From: an uncultured Eubacteriales bacterium
GTDB lineage: Bacteria; Acidobacteriota; Aminicenantia; Aminicenantales; UBA8522
Length of the DNA: 64,000 bases
Assembly (NCBI GenBank): GCA_964651495.1
Contig: CAZYWP010000004.1
Location: 1,667-65,666, forward strand
Reading direction: 5' to 3'
A program made the position numbers and the translations under genes. This document shows positions 56,132 to 64,000 of the stretch, piece after piece. Each line of letters opens with the position of its first letter. Within the stretch, counting starts at the first letter, position 1. The notes beneath the pieces were generated by a model. The model was not told the DNA's origin. It saw nothing but the letters and a program-made list of their open reading frames with translations, and did no database searches.

Positions 56132-56659
56132 TCACAGCTCCTCGACGACGACCTGATCGTTAGTATAAACACAGATGCCGGCGCTGATAAGCAGGGCCTC
56201 GAGAGCGATCTCCTTGGCCGAGAGGTCGGCGTACTTGATGAGGGCCCGCGCCGCCGCCAGAGCGTACGGCCCGCCAGAGCCGATGGCGATGATCCCGTCG
56301 TCCGGCTCGACGACGTCCCCCGTCCCCGAAATCAGGAAGGCGCTGTTTTTGTCGGCCACGACGAGCAGAGCTTCGAGCTGCCGCAGGGCTTTGTCCAGAC
56401 GCCAGTCCTTGGCCAGCTCGATCGCCGCCCGGGACAGGTTGCCGCGGTATTCTTCCAGCTTGTTCTCGAACCGGGAGAAGAGGGCAAAGGCATCTGAGGT
56501 GGCGCCGGCAAACCCGGCCAGGACCTTGTCCTTGTGCAGCCGGCGGATTTTTCTGGCCGTCTGCTTGAGGATGGTCTGGCCCATCGAGACCTGGCCGTCG
56601 CCGGCCATGGCCAGCTGCCCTTTATGCCGAACACAAATGACTGTCGTTGCGCGTATCAT
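56132..56659 (-). CDS. hslV: ATP-dependent protease subunit HslV
   Basis: [24 protein letters not shown]. The catalytic TT is preceded by 4 residues, as I recall for Bacillus CodW. 175 aa. Confidence 0.95.
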   Translation of the reverse strand: MIRATTVICVRHKGQLAMAGDGQVSMGQTILKQTARKIRRLHKDKVLAGFAGATSDAFALFSRFENKLEEYRGNLSRAAIELAKDWRLDKALRQLEALLVVADKNSAFLISGTGDVVEPDDGIIAIGSGGPYALAAARALIKYADLSAKEIALEALLISAGICVYTNDQVVVEEL

Positions 56660-56680
56660 GCCTCATCCTTTCCCGAGATC

Positions 56681-56709
56681 ATGATAAACCACCCCCGCGG
56701 CAATGTAAA
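56681..56709 (-). promoter_or_regulatory. Candidate hslVU promoter
   Basis: Minus strand TTTACA (56709-56704), 17 nt, TATCAT (56686-56681). AAAGGATGAGG lies upstream of the ATG. Confidence 0.45.
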
Positions 56710-56752
56710 GCCAGGCAGGAGCAAGCATCTTCTATGATGATGTGATGGGGGC

Positions 56753-56781
56753 GGGTCCTGTCGCGTCCCCGACTCGTCCTC
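56753..56781 (-). repeat. Fragment related to the 3' core of the 176-nt repeat
   Basis: The minus strand reads GAGGACG-AGT-CGGGGACGCG-ACAGGACCC. The element reads GAGGACG-GA-CGGGGACGCG-CCGTG-ACAGGACCC (2806-2838). Three collinear exact blocks of 7, 10 and 9 nt. The fragment begins at the last base of the ydbL-like stop codon. Confidence 0.45.
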
Positions 56782-57356
56782 TAGGATTTCTTGACCCAGG
56801 TTCCGTCCTCGTTTTGGACCCACCAGCCAGGCTGGGAGTTGCGAATCCAACTCTCGGCGAAAATTTTTTGGATGCGCGGGATCTGGCTGGACTCGATGTT
56901 CAGAGCTCCGGCCACCTCGGCGTAGAGGCTCTTCCGGTCCGCATTCTCCTCTTTGGCGAGGCTGCGGAGGTCGGCCTTTTCCTTGAGCGACAGGCCGGCT
57001 TCCTCCCTGATTTCGATAAACCCGTTGTTGGCCTCGCCCAGGCTGCCCCGTTCGAAAAGGGGCTGGAGCTTGGGGAAGCGGGCTCGGAGCGACTCCTTGA
57101 GGGCCCGGATCGCCGGGCTGGACACCTCGGTTTCCTGTTGGGCATGAGCCGCCGGAACGAAGGAAAAGGAACCGGAGAGAACAGAATCCGTGCCCTTGTC
57201 CTTCTCTTTTTCGGCCGGCCGGCGGACGTCCTCGACGATTTCATCGGCCGCTTTCTTGACCGTGGCTTCAGGGAAGTAGATGTTGATAGTGACACACGCC
57301 CAGACGATGAATACAGACGCGCCCGCGAGAATCCATCCGACTGTTTTTTTTCTCAT
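56781..57356 (-). CDS. YdbL (DUF1318)-like protein with an N-terminal YnbE-like lipoprotein segment (possible fusion)
   Basis: Start MRKKTVGW at ATG 57356. VWAC lipobox-like cysteine followed by VTINIYFPE. An internal ...FVPAAHAQQ signal-cleavage-like remnant. The C-terminal LGEANNGFIEI...ENADRKSLY...GWWVQNEDGTWVKK matches the YdbL pattern. Confidence 0.65.
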   Translation of the reverse strand: MRKKTVGWILAGASVFIVWACVTINIYFPEATVKKAADEIVEDVRRPAEKEKDKGTDSVLSGSFSFVPAAHAQQETEVSSPAIRALKESLRARFPKLQPLFERGSLGEANNGFIEIREEAGLSLKEKADLRSLAKEENADRKSLYAEVAGALNIESSQIPRIQKIFAESWIRNSQPGWWVQNEDGTWVKKS

Positions 57357-57452
57357 CTTGCCTCTCTCCAGAAGAAAAATCATTCCTCTATTATTATATG
57401 GATAGAACTGCCAAAAGAAAAATATCAGCTGCGGAATTTGGGAGGTGAGTGT

Positions 57453-60400
57453 TCAATATTTTTTTGAGTCACCGATTCTTTTCAGCCGGCTGACCATATC
57501 TTTGAAACTGATCATCTTGCTCGGGTCCCGGTTGATGATATTGATCCCGAACGGCCTGGCCCTGCGGACGAGATACTCGACGCCGTCCTCCTCGATCAGA
57601 CCGCCGAGCAGGAAGACGTCATTCTTCAACGAACACTGGATCCCGATCCTCTCGTAGGGAAACGCGGGGACAAAGCGCAGGAAAAATGACTGCGAGGGGA
57701 CGGCACCCTCCCCCTGGCTGAGAATGGTTAGGCTGTCGACGGCTTTCAGGCTGAATGTCTGCCGGACCCCCTCTTTTTTCACCGACTCAAGCCTGAAGCG
57801 GAAGCTCTCCGGCTGGCCGTAGGAGAAGGCCAGCCCCTCGATCTCCCCCCTGACAATCCCCGTCACCCGGCCAAAGGGGAGAGCATTGGTCATTTGTTCC
57901 AGGTCCAGACCGGCAAAGGAGACGTCCAGTATGGTCGTCCGTCTCCTGGAAAACGGCCGCTCCAGCCGCAGATTCCGGAGCGTTACGGTGCCGGAGAAAA
58001 GGCTGCCCCTGGCTTCACCCTGCAGGGCAATCTTATCCGAGCTGATTTCCACAGAGGGAAAATCGGCCGAGAAGCCGCCGGTCAAGAGGCTTCCGGCGGG
58101 CGCGGGGAGGACCCGAGCGAGATCGCCGTCTCGAAAGACGAGCGAGGTCCGGCCTTCAACCCGAAAGCCGTAGGGATCGACAGTGAAGGTCGTGGCGCCG
58201 AACGATGCCCGGCCTCCCCAGAGATCGATGGCCACCGGCCGGATCTGCCAGCGGTTGGGGAAACTCGATATTTCGAGCCGGAGCGGTCCGAGCGTCAACC
58301 CGGAGCCGCGCACCTCTACCACCCGGAAATATCCTCCGTTTTCCTCCTTGGGTTCTGCCTGCTTCGTTTCCAACCCGCCCCGCACAAAACAAACGGGCAG
58401 CCGGGCTTCTATGCCGGCGAGGGTCGGAATCCCGTTTCTTCCTCCGATGCTGCCGTTCTGAACTTGGATTTGTCCGACATAGGAGAACAAATCGCCGGCC
58501 CTCTGCAGCCGGGCGTCGGAGCTCAGGGCGCCGCTCCAGGCAGCCGCAAACCCGACTTTCCCGCCCGGTCCTCCGATAAGGGCCAGCAGAGAGGCCGGAT
58601 CCTCGAGTAAGACGGAGACTTGAAGGTCGAAGGAGGCGGGATTCCCGGCTTTCGCATATCCCGTCACGCCGGCCCGCCCGACGGGAAGAAGCGAGAGTTC
58701 CAGCGCCTCGATAGCGACACTCCGGGCGGGAACGACATATTCGCCGCGCCACCGGCCCCGGAGCGGATGGGCCGCCCAATCGACGTAGTATTCCCTCCAG
58801 AGGGTCTCCCCATTGGCCAAACTGAAAGAGCAGTCGAGGGAAAGAGCCCGGCCGGAGGGCGAATAGCCGCCGGAGAAGCGGAGCTCGGGCGCGAGTCCCT
58901 CGGCGGTGGCGGTGGACCCCGGGTTGTTGAACTGGAGGCCTTCGGCAGAGAAGGTGCCGCTCCCTTCCCATTTTCGCTCCGGCCGCGTTATCTCTTCGGC
59001 CGCGACCTCGAAGGCGACTTTTCCCCCAGGATTCCAGCTCGAAACCCCGGCCGGCACAAAGGGATGGAAAAACCGAAGCGTCCGGCCGAGGTCCAGGGCG
59101 GAGCTTCGGACGCGGATCGATCGTTTGCTTCCGAATCCCAGTCCGACCTCTGCCTGAATATGGAACGGGGAAAAATCGCGGCACTCCAGTTTCAGGGAGT
59201 CGAAGAAAAGCCGCCTCTTGCTTCGCTCCAAACGACCCTGGCCTTCGGCCGCGACATCGGCCAGGATTCTCTCTTCTCCCCCGATGCGGAGGCGCACTTC
59301 TTCCGCCTTTCCTTGGATGGAGGGAAGGAAGAGGAGCGAGGGGGTCAGGCGGAGCTCGACCCCCGCCGAGATGTTCCGAACGCTCAGGTTCCGGGTAATC
59401 AAATCTCCCTTCCTCAGGGCGAGCCGGCCCGCCGTCTCGATCTCCGGAAGAACACCCTTAACAGTCAAAACTCCGGAGAGGGAAGACCTCCAGGTGAATT
59501 CACGCCCGGAATAGGAAAATCCGGCATCGTTGAACGACGTCCTGAGCCGGACTTCCGTCCTCGGGCCGCGCTCCCTGGTGTGCCGCAACTCTCCTTCCAC
59601 GGCGATCTCGCCTCCGACCTCCAGGGCAGCCAGCCGGGATGAAAGATAGGGTTTCAGGCGCTCAAGGATGGCGGCCGGGGAAAGAGAGGCGCGGAGACTC
59701 CAGTCAAGCGAAGAGTTTTTCCCCAGGCGGACCTGGAGAGGGCCCGAAGCCCGGGCCAGCGAAGGCAGGGCGATGTCGAGCTCGGAAAAGGAGAGCCGGT
59801 TTTCTTCCTCGAGGTACTCGCAGCGCATCTTGAGGGCGATTTCCTCCGCCGGGGAAACCTCGGTATTGTTCCACATCCCCCGCGGCGAGCCGACCGTCAC
59901 CTCGCCCCTAAAAGCCGGCCTTCCCGCGAGCTGGAGCTCTCCCGCCGACCGCAGCGACCCGGAAAAAGACAGCCTGTCCCGGTCAGAACCGAAAGCGGTC
60001 CGCACAGCGCTCATGGAGAACAGGAATACCCCCCGTTGGTCAGAGGAACGGAGGTCGAGGTCCGCCCCGACCATCTCGGCCCGGCCTCCCGGGAAGGACA
60101 TCTCCACTCCCGCATTCCTGATTTGCAGCGGGCCCAGGCGTTGCAGGCCCTCGGCCGCCGACTTCCAATCGATTCTCTGTCTTTTCGCCGGGTCCACGCT
60201 TATCCGGAGCAGGGCATTTTCGACGGTTATCTCGGTGAAGAGCGGCCGATGGCGGGAGAACAGCCTGCCCAGGCTTCCCCCCGCCTTGATCCTGCCCAGC
60301 TCCAGACTCAGGTCCTGTCCCCTAAATGTTCCCGCCGCCTTCAGCCCGTCGACCTCGACTTGCAGCGGAAAAAGCCGGTAATCCAGTTTCTCGGCAGCAA

Positions 60401-60557
60401 TAATAAACCCGGTCCGCCGACTAAAATAGGAGAAGAGAAGCTTCTTCGTCAGCGGCTTATCAAGTATGAGTACAGTCAGAACGGCGAGGGCCAGGCCAAG
60501 CGCAGTCAAGACGGCCAGGCCGAAAAGACGCAATACCCTCTTCCGATGGCGGCGCAT
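57453..60557 (-). CDS. YdbH-like AsmA-family protein (large periplasm-spanning beta-rich protein)
   Basis: 1034 aa. N-terminal signal anchor and long repetitive beta-rich sequence. It sits directly upstream of the ydbL-like gene, as in the E. coli ydbH-ynbE-ydbL operon. The family call comes from architecture and synteny. Confidence 0.7.
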   Translation of the reverse strand: MRRHRKRVLRLFGLAVLTALGLALAVLTVLILDKPLTKKLLFSYFSRRTGFIIAAEKLDYRLFPLQVEVDGLKAAGTFRGQDLSLELGRIKAGGSLGRLFSRHRPLFTEITVENALLRISVDPAKRQRIDWKSAAEGLQRLGPLQIRNAGVEMSFPGGRAEMVGADLDLRSSDQRGVFLFSMSAVRTAFGSDRDRLSFSGSLRSAGELQLAGRPAFRGEVTVGSPRGMWNNTEVSPAEEIALKMRCEYLEEENRLSFSELDIALPSLARASGPLQVRLGKNSSLDWSLRASLSPAAILERLKPYLSSRLAALEVGGEIAVEGELRHTRERGPRTEVRLRTSFNDAGFSYSGREFTWRSSLSGVLTVKGVLPEIETAGRLALRKGDLITRNLSVRNISAGVELRLTPSLLFLPSIQGKAEEVRLRIGGEERILADVAAEGQGRLERSKRRLFFDSLKLECRDFSPFHIQAEVGLGFGSKRSIRVRSSALDLGRTLRFFHPFVPAGVSSWNPGGKVAFEVAAEEITRPERKWEGSGTFSAEGLQFNNPGSTATAEGLAPELRFSGGYSPSGRALSLDCSFSLANGETLWREYYVDWAAHPLRGRWRGEYVVPARSVAIEALELSLLPVGRAGVTGYAKAGNPASFDLQVSVLLEDPASLLALIGGPGGKVGFAAAWSGALSSDARLQRAGDLFSYVGQIQVQNGSIGGRNGIPTLAGIEARLPVCFVRGGLETKQAEPKEENGGYFRVVEVRGSGLTLGPLRLEISSFPNRWQIRPVAIDLWGGRASFGATTFTVDPYGFRVEGRTSLVFRDGDLARVLPAPAGSLLTGGFSADFPSVEISSDKIALQGEARGSLFSGTVTLRNLRLERPFSRRRTTILDVSFAGLDLEQMTNALPFGRVTGIVRGEIEGLAFSYGQPESFRFRLESVKKEGVRQTFSLKAVDSLTILSQGEGAVPSQSFFLRFVPAFPYERIGIQCSLKNDVFLLGGLIEEDGVEYLVRRARPFGINIINRDPSKMISFKDMVSRLKRIGDSKKY

Positions 60558-60613
60558 GGCTTCAGTCCCTAAGTATTTTATAATATTTCTGACCCAAGAG
60601 CCTACTCCCTCTC

Positions 60614-60642
60614 TTCAAAGAACCGGCAAATCCCGGTATAAT
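60614..60642 (+). promoter_or_regulatory. Candidate promoter of the cohesin-like lipoprotein gene
   Basis: TTCAAA (60614-60619), 17 nt, TATAAT (60637-60642). 15 nt without an SD precede the ATG at 60658. Confidence 0.45.
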
Positions 60643-60657
60643 GTCTTTCCGACCGCC

Positions 60658-61179
60658 ATGATGCGCACCAAGCGAATGTCATTCAGAGTGCTCCTCGCGA
60701 CCCTTATTCTCATCTGCTCGGGGTGCAAGAAGAACCCGATCACCGCGACCATTTCCCCCGGCCAGGAGACGATCATGGTCATCTGCTCCCCCGCCTCCGG
60801 CGGCCCGGACGCCATCATCACGATCGCCGTGGCGATTGCGGGAAATAACAAGGAAATCCGGGTTTTCGGACTGGACGTGGATTACGACGGCCAGATGTTC
60901 GAGTTCGATTCCGCCGGCAAGGGAAGTCTGACAGACACCTGGGCGACCGTCGACGGAAACGAGTTCGCCTCCGGGACGCTCAAAGTCGGCGGCTACGTGG
61001 GCGGGGGAAGCCCCATTCCCATTAGCAGCAACGGCACGCTGGGGCTGGTCAAGTTGAAGGTCACCGGAGCCCAGTACGGCAACGGACAGCAGAGCCAGGT
61101 CTGGATCAGACAGTACACGGATGACATTGCGGGATTCACGCCCGAATCGGCCTCTGCAGTTTTCACGCTGAAGAAGTGA
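60658..61179 (+). CDS. Lipoprotein with a cohesin-like beta-sandwich domain
   Basis: Start MMRTKRMSFRVLLATLILICSGC (lipobox). ...IRVFGLDVDYDGQMFEF...GTLGLVKLKV... resembles type-I cohesin modules. The track start at 60466 lies inside ydbH on the other strand. Confidence 0.55.
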   Translation: MMRTKRMSFRVLLATLILICSGCKKNPITATISPGQETIMVICSPASGGPDAIITIAVAIAGNNKEIRVFGLDVDYDGQMFEFDSAGKGSLTDTWATVDGNEFASGTLKVGGYVGGGSPIPISSNGTLGLVKLKVTGAQYGNGQQSQVWIRQYTDDIAGFTPESASAVFTLKK

Positions 61180-61245
61180 CCCGCCGGAAATTTTCCCTTG
61201 CCAAATCCCTCCCGATATAGAATAATAATAACTCAGAGGGTGTTT

Positions 61246-61587
61246 ATGCCGGTCAGCTTCAGAGAAAAAGGCGAGGTCGTGATCCTCGACCTGTCCGGGG
61301 AGATCCGGTTCTCCGAAGCAATCTTTCCCTCCCTGAAAAAACTGATCGTCGAGCAGCTCGCCTCCGGGAAAAAGAACATCCTGCTCAATTTCGAAAAAGT
61401 CGAGTTCATCGACAGCTACGGGATCGGCGACATCGTGGCCGCACATACGGCCGTCCAGGAGAAAAAGGGGAAGCTGAAACTGGCCCACCTCTCCCACAAA
61501 ATCTGGCTGATCTTCTATTACTCCGGCCTGACCCGGATCCTGGAGATTTTCGACAGCGAGGATAAAGCCCTCAGCAGCTTTCTCTGA
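61246..61587 (+). CDS. STAS-domain protein (anti-sigma factor antagonist family)
   Basis: Start MPVSFREKGEVVILDLSGEI at 61246 with GAGGG upstream. ...LLNFEKVEFIDSYGIG... matches the SpoIIAA/RsbV-type pattern, including the conserved Ser. Confidence 0.8.
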   Translation: MPVSFREKGEVVILDLSGEIRFSEAIFPSLKKLIVEQLASGKKNILLNFEKVEFIDSYGIGDIVAAHTAVQEKKGKLKLAHLSHKIWLIFYYSGLTRILEIFDSEDKALSSFL

Positions 61588-61657
61588 GGATGTTCCCCGG
61601 CGGCCGGCGCCAGCGACTAAATCTTACTGAACCTATATAATTTATCGAAATTGTATG

Positions 61658-63328
61658 CTACGGGGTCTTCTCTTTAGGGCCAAGATTGTCCCTGGCCGTG
61701 AGGGCCGCCGGCCCGACTTCAGGCGCCAGCCGGTAAGGGACATCAGCCCGGCGCAGGTCGTTTCCCCAGAAGACGATGTTCCGGCTCGTTCCGCCCCGGA
61801 CGTCGAAAAAGATCCCTGTTCCGGGCAGGGCCGTGTTGTGCCTGGCGGTCATGTCCTCGACCCGGTTGAGCACAACCGCCGCTGCCCCTGGTCCCGGCCC
61901 GGCCGGACGGCCGGCCAACCCATCGAGGTCCAGGCCCTGAATATCCTCGAGATAGAGGGCGCTCCTCCAGCGCTCATAGACCGGCGTGCCCCAGGCGACC
62001 TCGATATCCCTCAGCCTGAGGTTTTTGACCCGCTGGAAAACGAGGGCGTGGACGGCTTTGTCGTACGGCGCAGCCGGGTCATGGGAAATAAAAAGCTTAA
62101 CGTTTTCCATGGTGATTCCATCGAGCCAGTTCTCAGGGTGTCCGCTGCAGACGCTCGAGCCGTATCCACGGGCGATCACATTCTGAATCAGGATATTGCG
62201 GATGGAACCCGCCGGCCGGTCGTCCTCTTTTTTCCAGTTCCTGTGCACCTCGCTCCTCTTCTTGATGTTGAAATGGAACGGCTCGCCGTCGCCCCACCAG
62301 AACCAGTCGTGGCGCCGACATTCGATGACCAGGTTAGAGAGCACGACATTGTTGACCTCGCCTCCGTCGAAGTTCATGAAGGCGATACCCCGGTTGGAGC
62401 CGGTGATGACGCAATTGTCGATGGTCACGTTCCGGATGGCGTTCATGTTCCCGTCGCAGAACTTGACGGCGCTCGAGGCCGAGGACAGACGGCAGTTGGT
62501 CACGGTGATATTCTCGCAGGGCCGGGCCGGGCCGAACCAGTTCATGGAATAGAACACCAGAGCGTCGTCACCGGTCTCGATGGTCGAGTTGGAGATGCGC
62601 AGGTCTTTGCATCCGTCAGGATCGATGCCGTCCGCCCAGACGCCCTCTTTCAGGCTGGAGCGAATGTAAACGCCGTCGATGACCAGCCGCTCGCAGCCGT
62701 AAGGATGGATCGTCCAGGAGGGCGAATCGATGAACGACAGGCCGCTGATCCGGACGTCTTGGCATCTCAGGAGGAGGACCAGTTTGCCGAACTGATCGGC
62801 CCTGGGGAAGGAACGGAGCAAGGGCTTGCCCAGCTTTTCCATCTCGACCTGGTTCGGGTAGATGAAGTCATCGTGGAAATCCCCTTTCAGCCGCCATTCG
62901 TAAGCCCCTCCCCCGTCGATCGTCCCCCGCCCCTCTAAGGTTATGTTGACCAGATCCTCTCCATAGAAGAGCGCGTCCTGGTCAAATTCATTTTTGTCCC
63001 TGCTGGAAAAGACCGTCGCGCCGGCGTCAACAAAGAACCGGACATGGCTGCGCAGACGGATCGTCCCCGCCGTATACTCACCCGGTGGCAGATAGACCAT
63101 CCCGCCGCCGGACGCCGCGCAGGCATCGACCGCTTTCTGGATGGCAGCCCGGGCGCTGTCGGCCTTCTTCCCGCTGGCGCCGAAATCCTTAACGTTGAAG
63201 ACCGCCGGCCCCGCCGCCGCGACGAAAGGCTCCACCCCGGCCCGAACCGGAGCAAGGGCAAAAGCGAGAGCCATGGTGATCAGGGCGGCAAGATAACTGC
63301 GGCTCCTCCTAAAGGCTCGCTCTTCCAT
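61658..63328 (-). CDS. Secreted right-handed beta-helix glycoside hydrolase (GH28 / pectate-lyase-superfamily-like)
   Basis: Signal peptide, N-terminal FNVKDFGASGKKADSARAAIQKAVDAC...YLPPGEYTAG, then repeated beta-helix coils with NxTIxNC-type turns. Strong SD AAGGAGG. Confidence 0.8.
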   Translation of the reverse strand: MEERAFRRSRSYLAALITMALAFALAPVRAGVEPFVAAAGPAVFNVKDFGASGKKADSARAAIQKAVDACAASGGGMVYLPPGEYTAGTIRLRSHVRFFVDAGATVFSSRDKNEFDQDALFYGEDLVNITLEGRGTIDGGGAYEWRLKGDFHDDFIYPNQVEMEKLGKPLLRSFPRADQFGKLVLLLRCQDVRISGLSFIDSPSWTIHPYGCERLVIDGVYIRSSLKEGVWADGIDPDGCKDLRISNSTIETGDDALVFYSMNWFGPARPCENITVTNCRLSSASSAVKFCDGNMNAIRNVTIDNCVITGSNRGIAFMNFDGGEVNNVVLSNLVIECRRHDWFWWGDGEPFHFNIKKRSEVHRNWKKEDDRPAGSIRNILIQNVIARGYGSSVCSGHPENWLDGITMENVKLFISHDPAAPYDKAVHALVFQRVKNLRLRDIEVAWGTPVYERWRSALYLEDIQGLDLDGLAGRPAGPGPGAAAVVLNRVEDMTARHNTALPGTGIFFDVRGGTSRNIVFWGNDLRRADVPYRLAPEVGPAALTARDNLGPKEKTP

Positions 63329-63523
63329 TCTTCCTCCTTATTCTCTGCTTGAATTCTTATGCTCTGCTTGCTCGCCGGGATCCCAGGCTTGCATCGATCC
63401 GACCGTCGTTACTCTTTTCGCACGAATTTCAAAAATCTTCAAGCTCCGACCCGGCTCTGACACCCTTGGGTTTGACCGCTATGTCTTTGTATGGTAATTA
63501 ATAGCACGGTTGAGTTCGCAGGC

Positions 63524-64000
63524 ATGTTTCGGTTCAAGTCTCCCTTTCAGCAAAACTTCAGGCAAGCGCTGATCCTTCTTCTTTTTCTCGCCTTGACCTT
63601 GCTGATGACCTATCCCCTCCTGTTCAACCTGGAACGGGGAGTCCGGGATCCGGGCGATCCCCTCCTCAACAGCTGGATTCTCGCCTGGGACGTCAAGAAG
63701 ATCGTCAGCCTGGACTGGAAGGGCTTTTTTGACGCTAACATATATTTCCCCAACAAGAGAACCTTGGCCTATTCCGAATTTCTTTTCACTCAGTCGCTCT
63801 TTGCCCTCCCGGTATTGCTGATTTCGGGAAATCCGATCCTCGCCTATAATGTCGTCTTTCTCCTCGCCTTCATCACCTCCGGGTTCGGCATGTATCTCCT
63901 GGCCTCGTCCCTGACCAAGAACACCGCCGCCGGAATCATCGCCGGCATCATCTATGCGTTCTCTCCTTTCATGTTTGCTCATCTCCCTCATCTCCAGGTT
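63524..64000 (+). CDS. Polytopic membrane protein, probably a GT-C-type glycosyltransferase; 3' end runs off the window
   Basis: Absent from the ORF track because it is open-ended. My translation from ATG 63524 gives MFRFKSPFQQNFRQALILLLFLALTLLMTYPLLFNLERGVRDPGDPLLNSWILAWDVKKI...FSPFMFAHLPHLQV, with several TM segments. The listed - ORF 63479..63991 is its antisense shadow. Confidence 0.55.
   Translation, partial: MFRFKSPFQQNFRQALILLLFLALTLLMTYPLLFNLERGVRDPGDPLLNSWILAWDVKKIVSLDWKGFFDANIYFPNKRTLAYSEFLFTQSLFALPVLLISGNPILAYNVVFLLAFITSGFGMYLLASSLTKNTAAGIIAGIIYAFSPFMFAHLPHLQV

Noticed and set aside
56647-56659. HslV start: the catalytic Thr is not at position 2 (MIRATT...), considered as a mis-called start or a pseudogene
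   Set aside because: There is no alternative start codon directly before the TT. The Bacillus CodW-type homologue has, as I recall, a similar short N-terminal extension. The rest of the protein is intact.

Overview
GC-rich, gene-dense chromosomal segment from a diderm bacterium; I cannot assign a lineage from sequence alone. I call about 55 protein genes and one tRNA-Phe. I saw no rRNA, CRISPR array, transposase, integrase or phage genes. Most of the content is housekeeping. It includes a sucCD-like pair, an ECF sigma/anti-sigma/TPR operon, sppA, a UvrD-type helicase-nuclease, pcm, coaD, pilMNOPQ plus two lipoproteins, priA, a family-4 UDG, coaBC, gmk, yicC, an MsbA-like ABC exporter, galU, a FadL-like porin, clpB, mutS and pgsA. 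A roughly 20 kb block, all on the minus strand, carries ydbH-like, a ynbE/ydbL-like gene, hslVU, an Fn3 lipoprotein, an FAH-family gene, transaldolase, three acyl-CoA carboxylase subunits, tamB, bamA, a SurA_N-like gene and fabD. Many long ORFs in the track are antisense shadows of these genes, and several real genes start downstream of the track's first start codon. The strongest signal not explained by genes is a 176-nt highly self-complementary repeat. It has two same-length copies with 6 differences (2699-2874 and 39976-40151) and a 29-nt fragment (56753-56781). Other observations:
- A small stand-alone transcription unit ending in a clean intrinsic terminator lies upstream of pcm.
- Three enzymes have degenerate core motifs: PriA has no Walker A lysine, an Asd paralogue has no catalytic Cys, and a phosphohexomutase reads TASFNP instead of TASHNP.
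- A SucC-like subunit is fused to a 2x[4Fe-4S] ferredoxin domain.
- One gene looks like a YnbE-YdbL fusion, next to a YdbH-like gene.
- Several genes have a -10 box so close to the ATG that their mRNAs may be leaderless.
All functional calls rest on motif recognition by eye. No database search was run.
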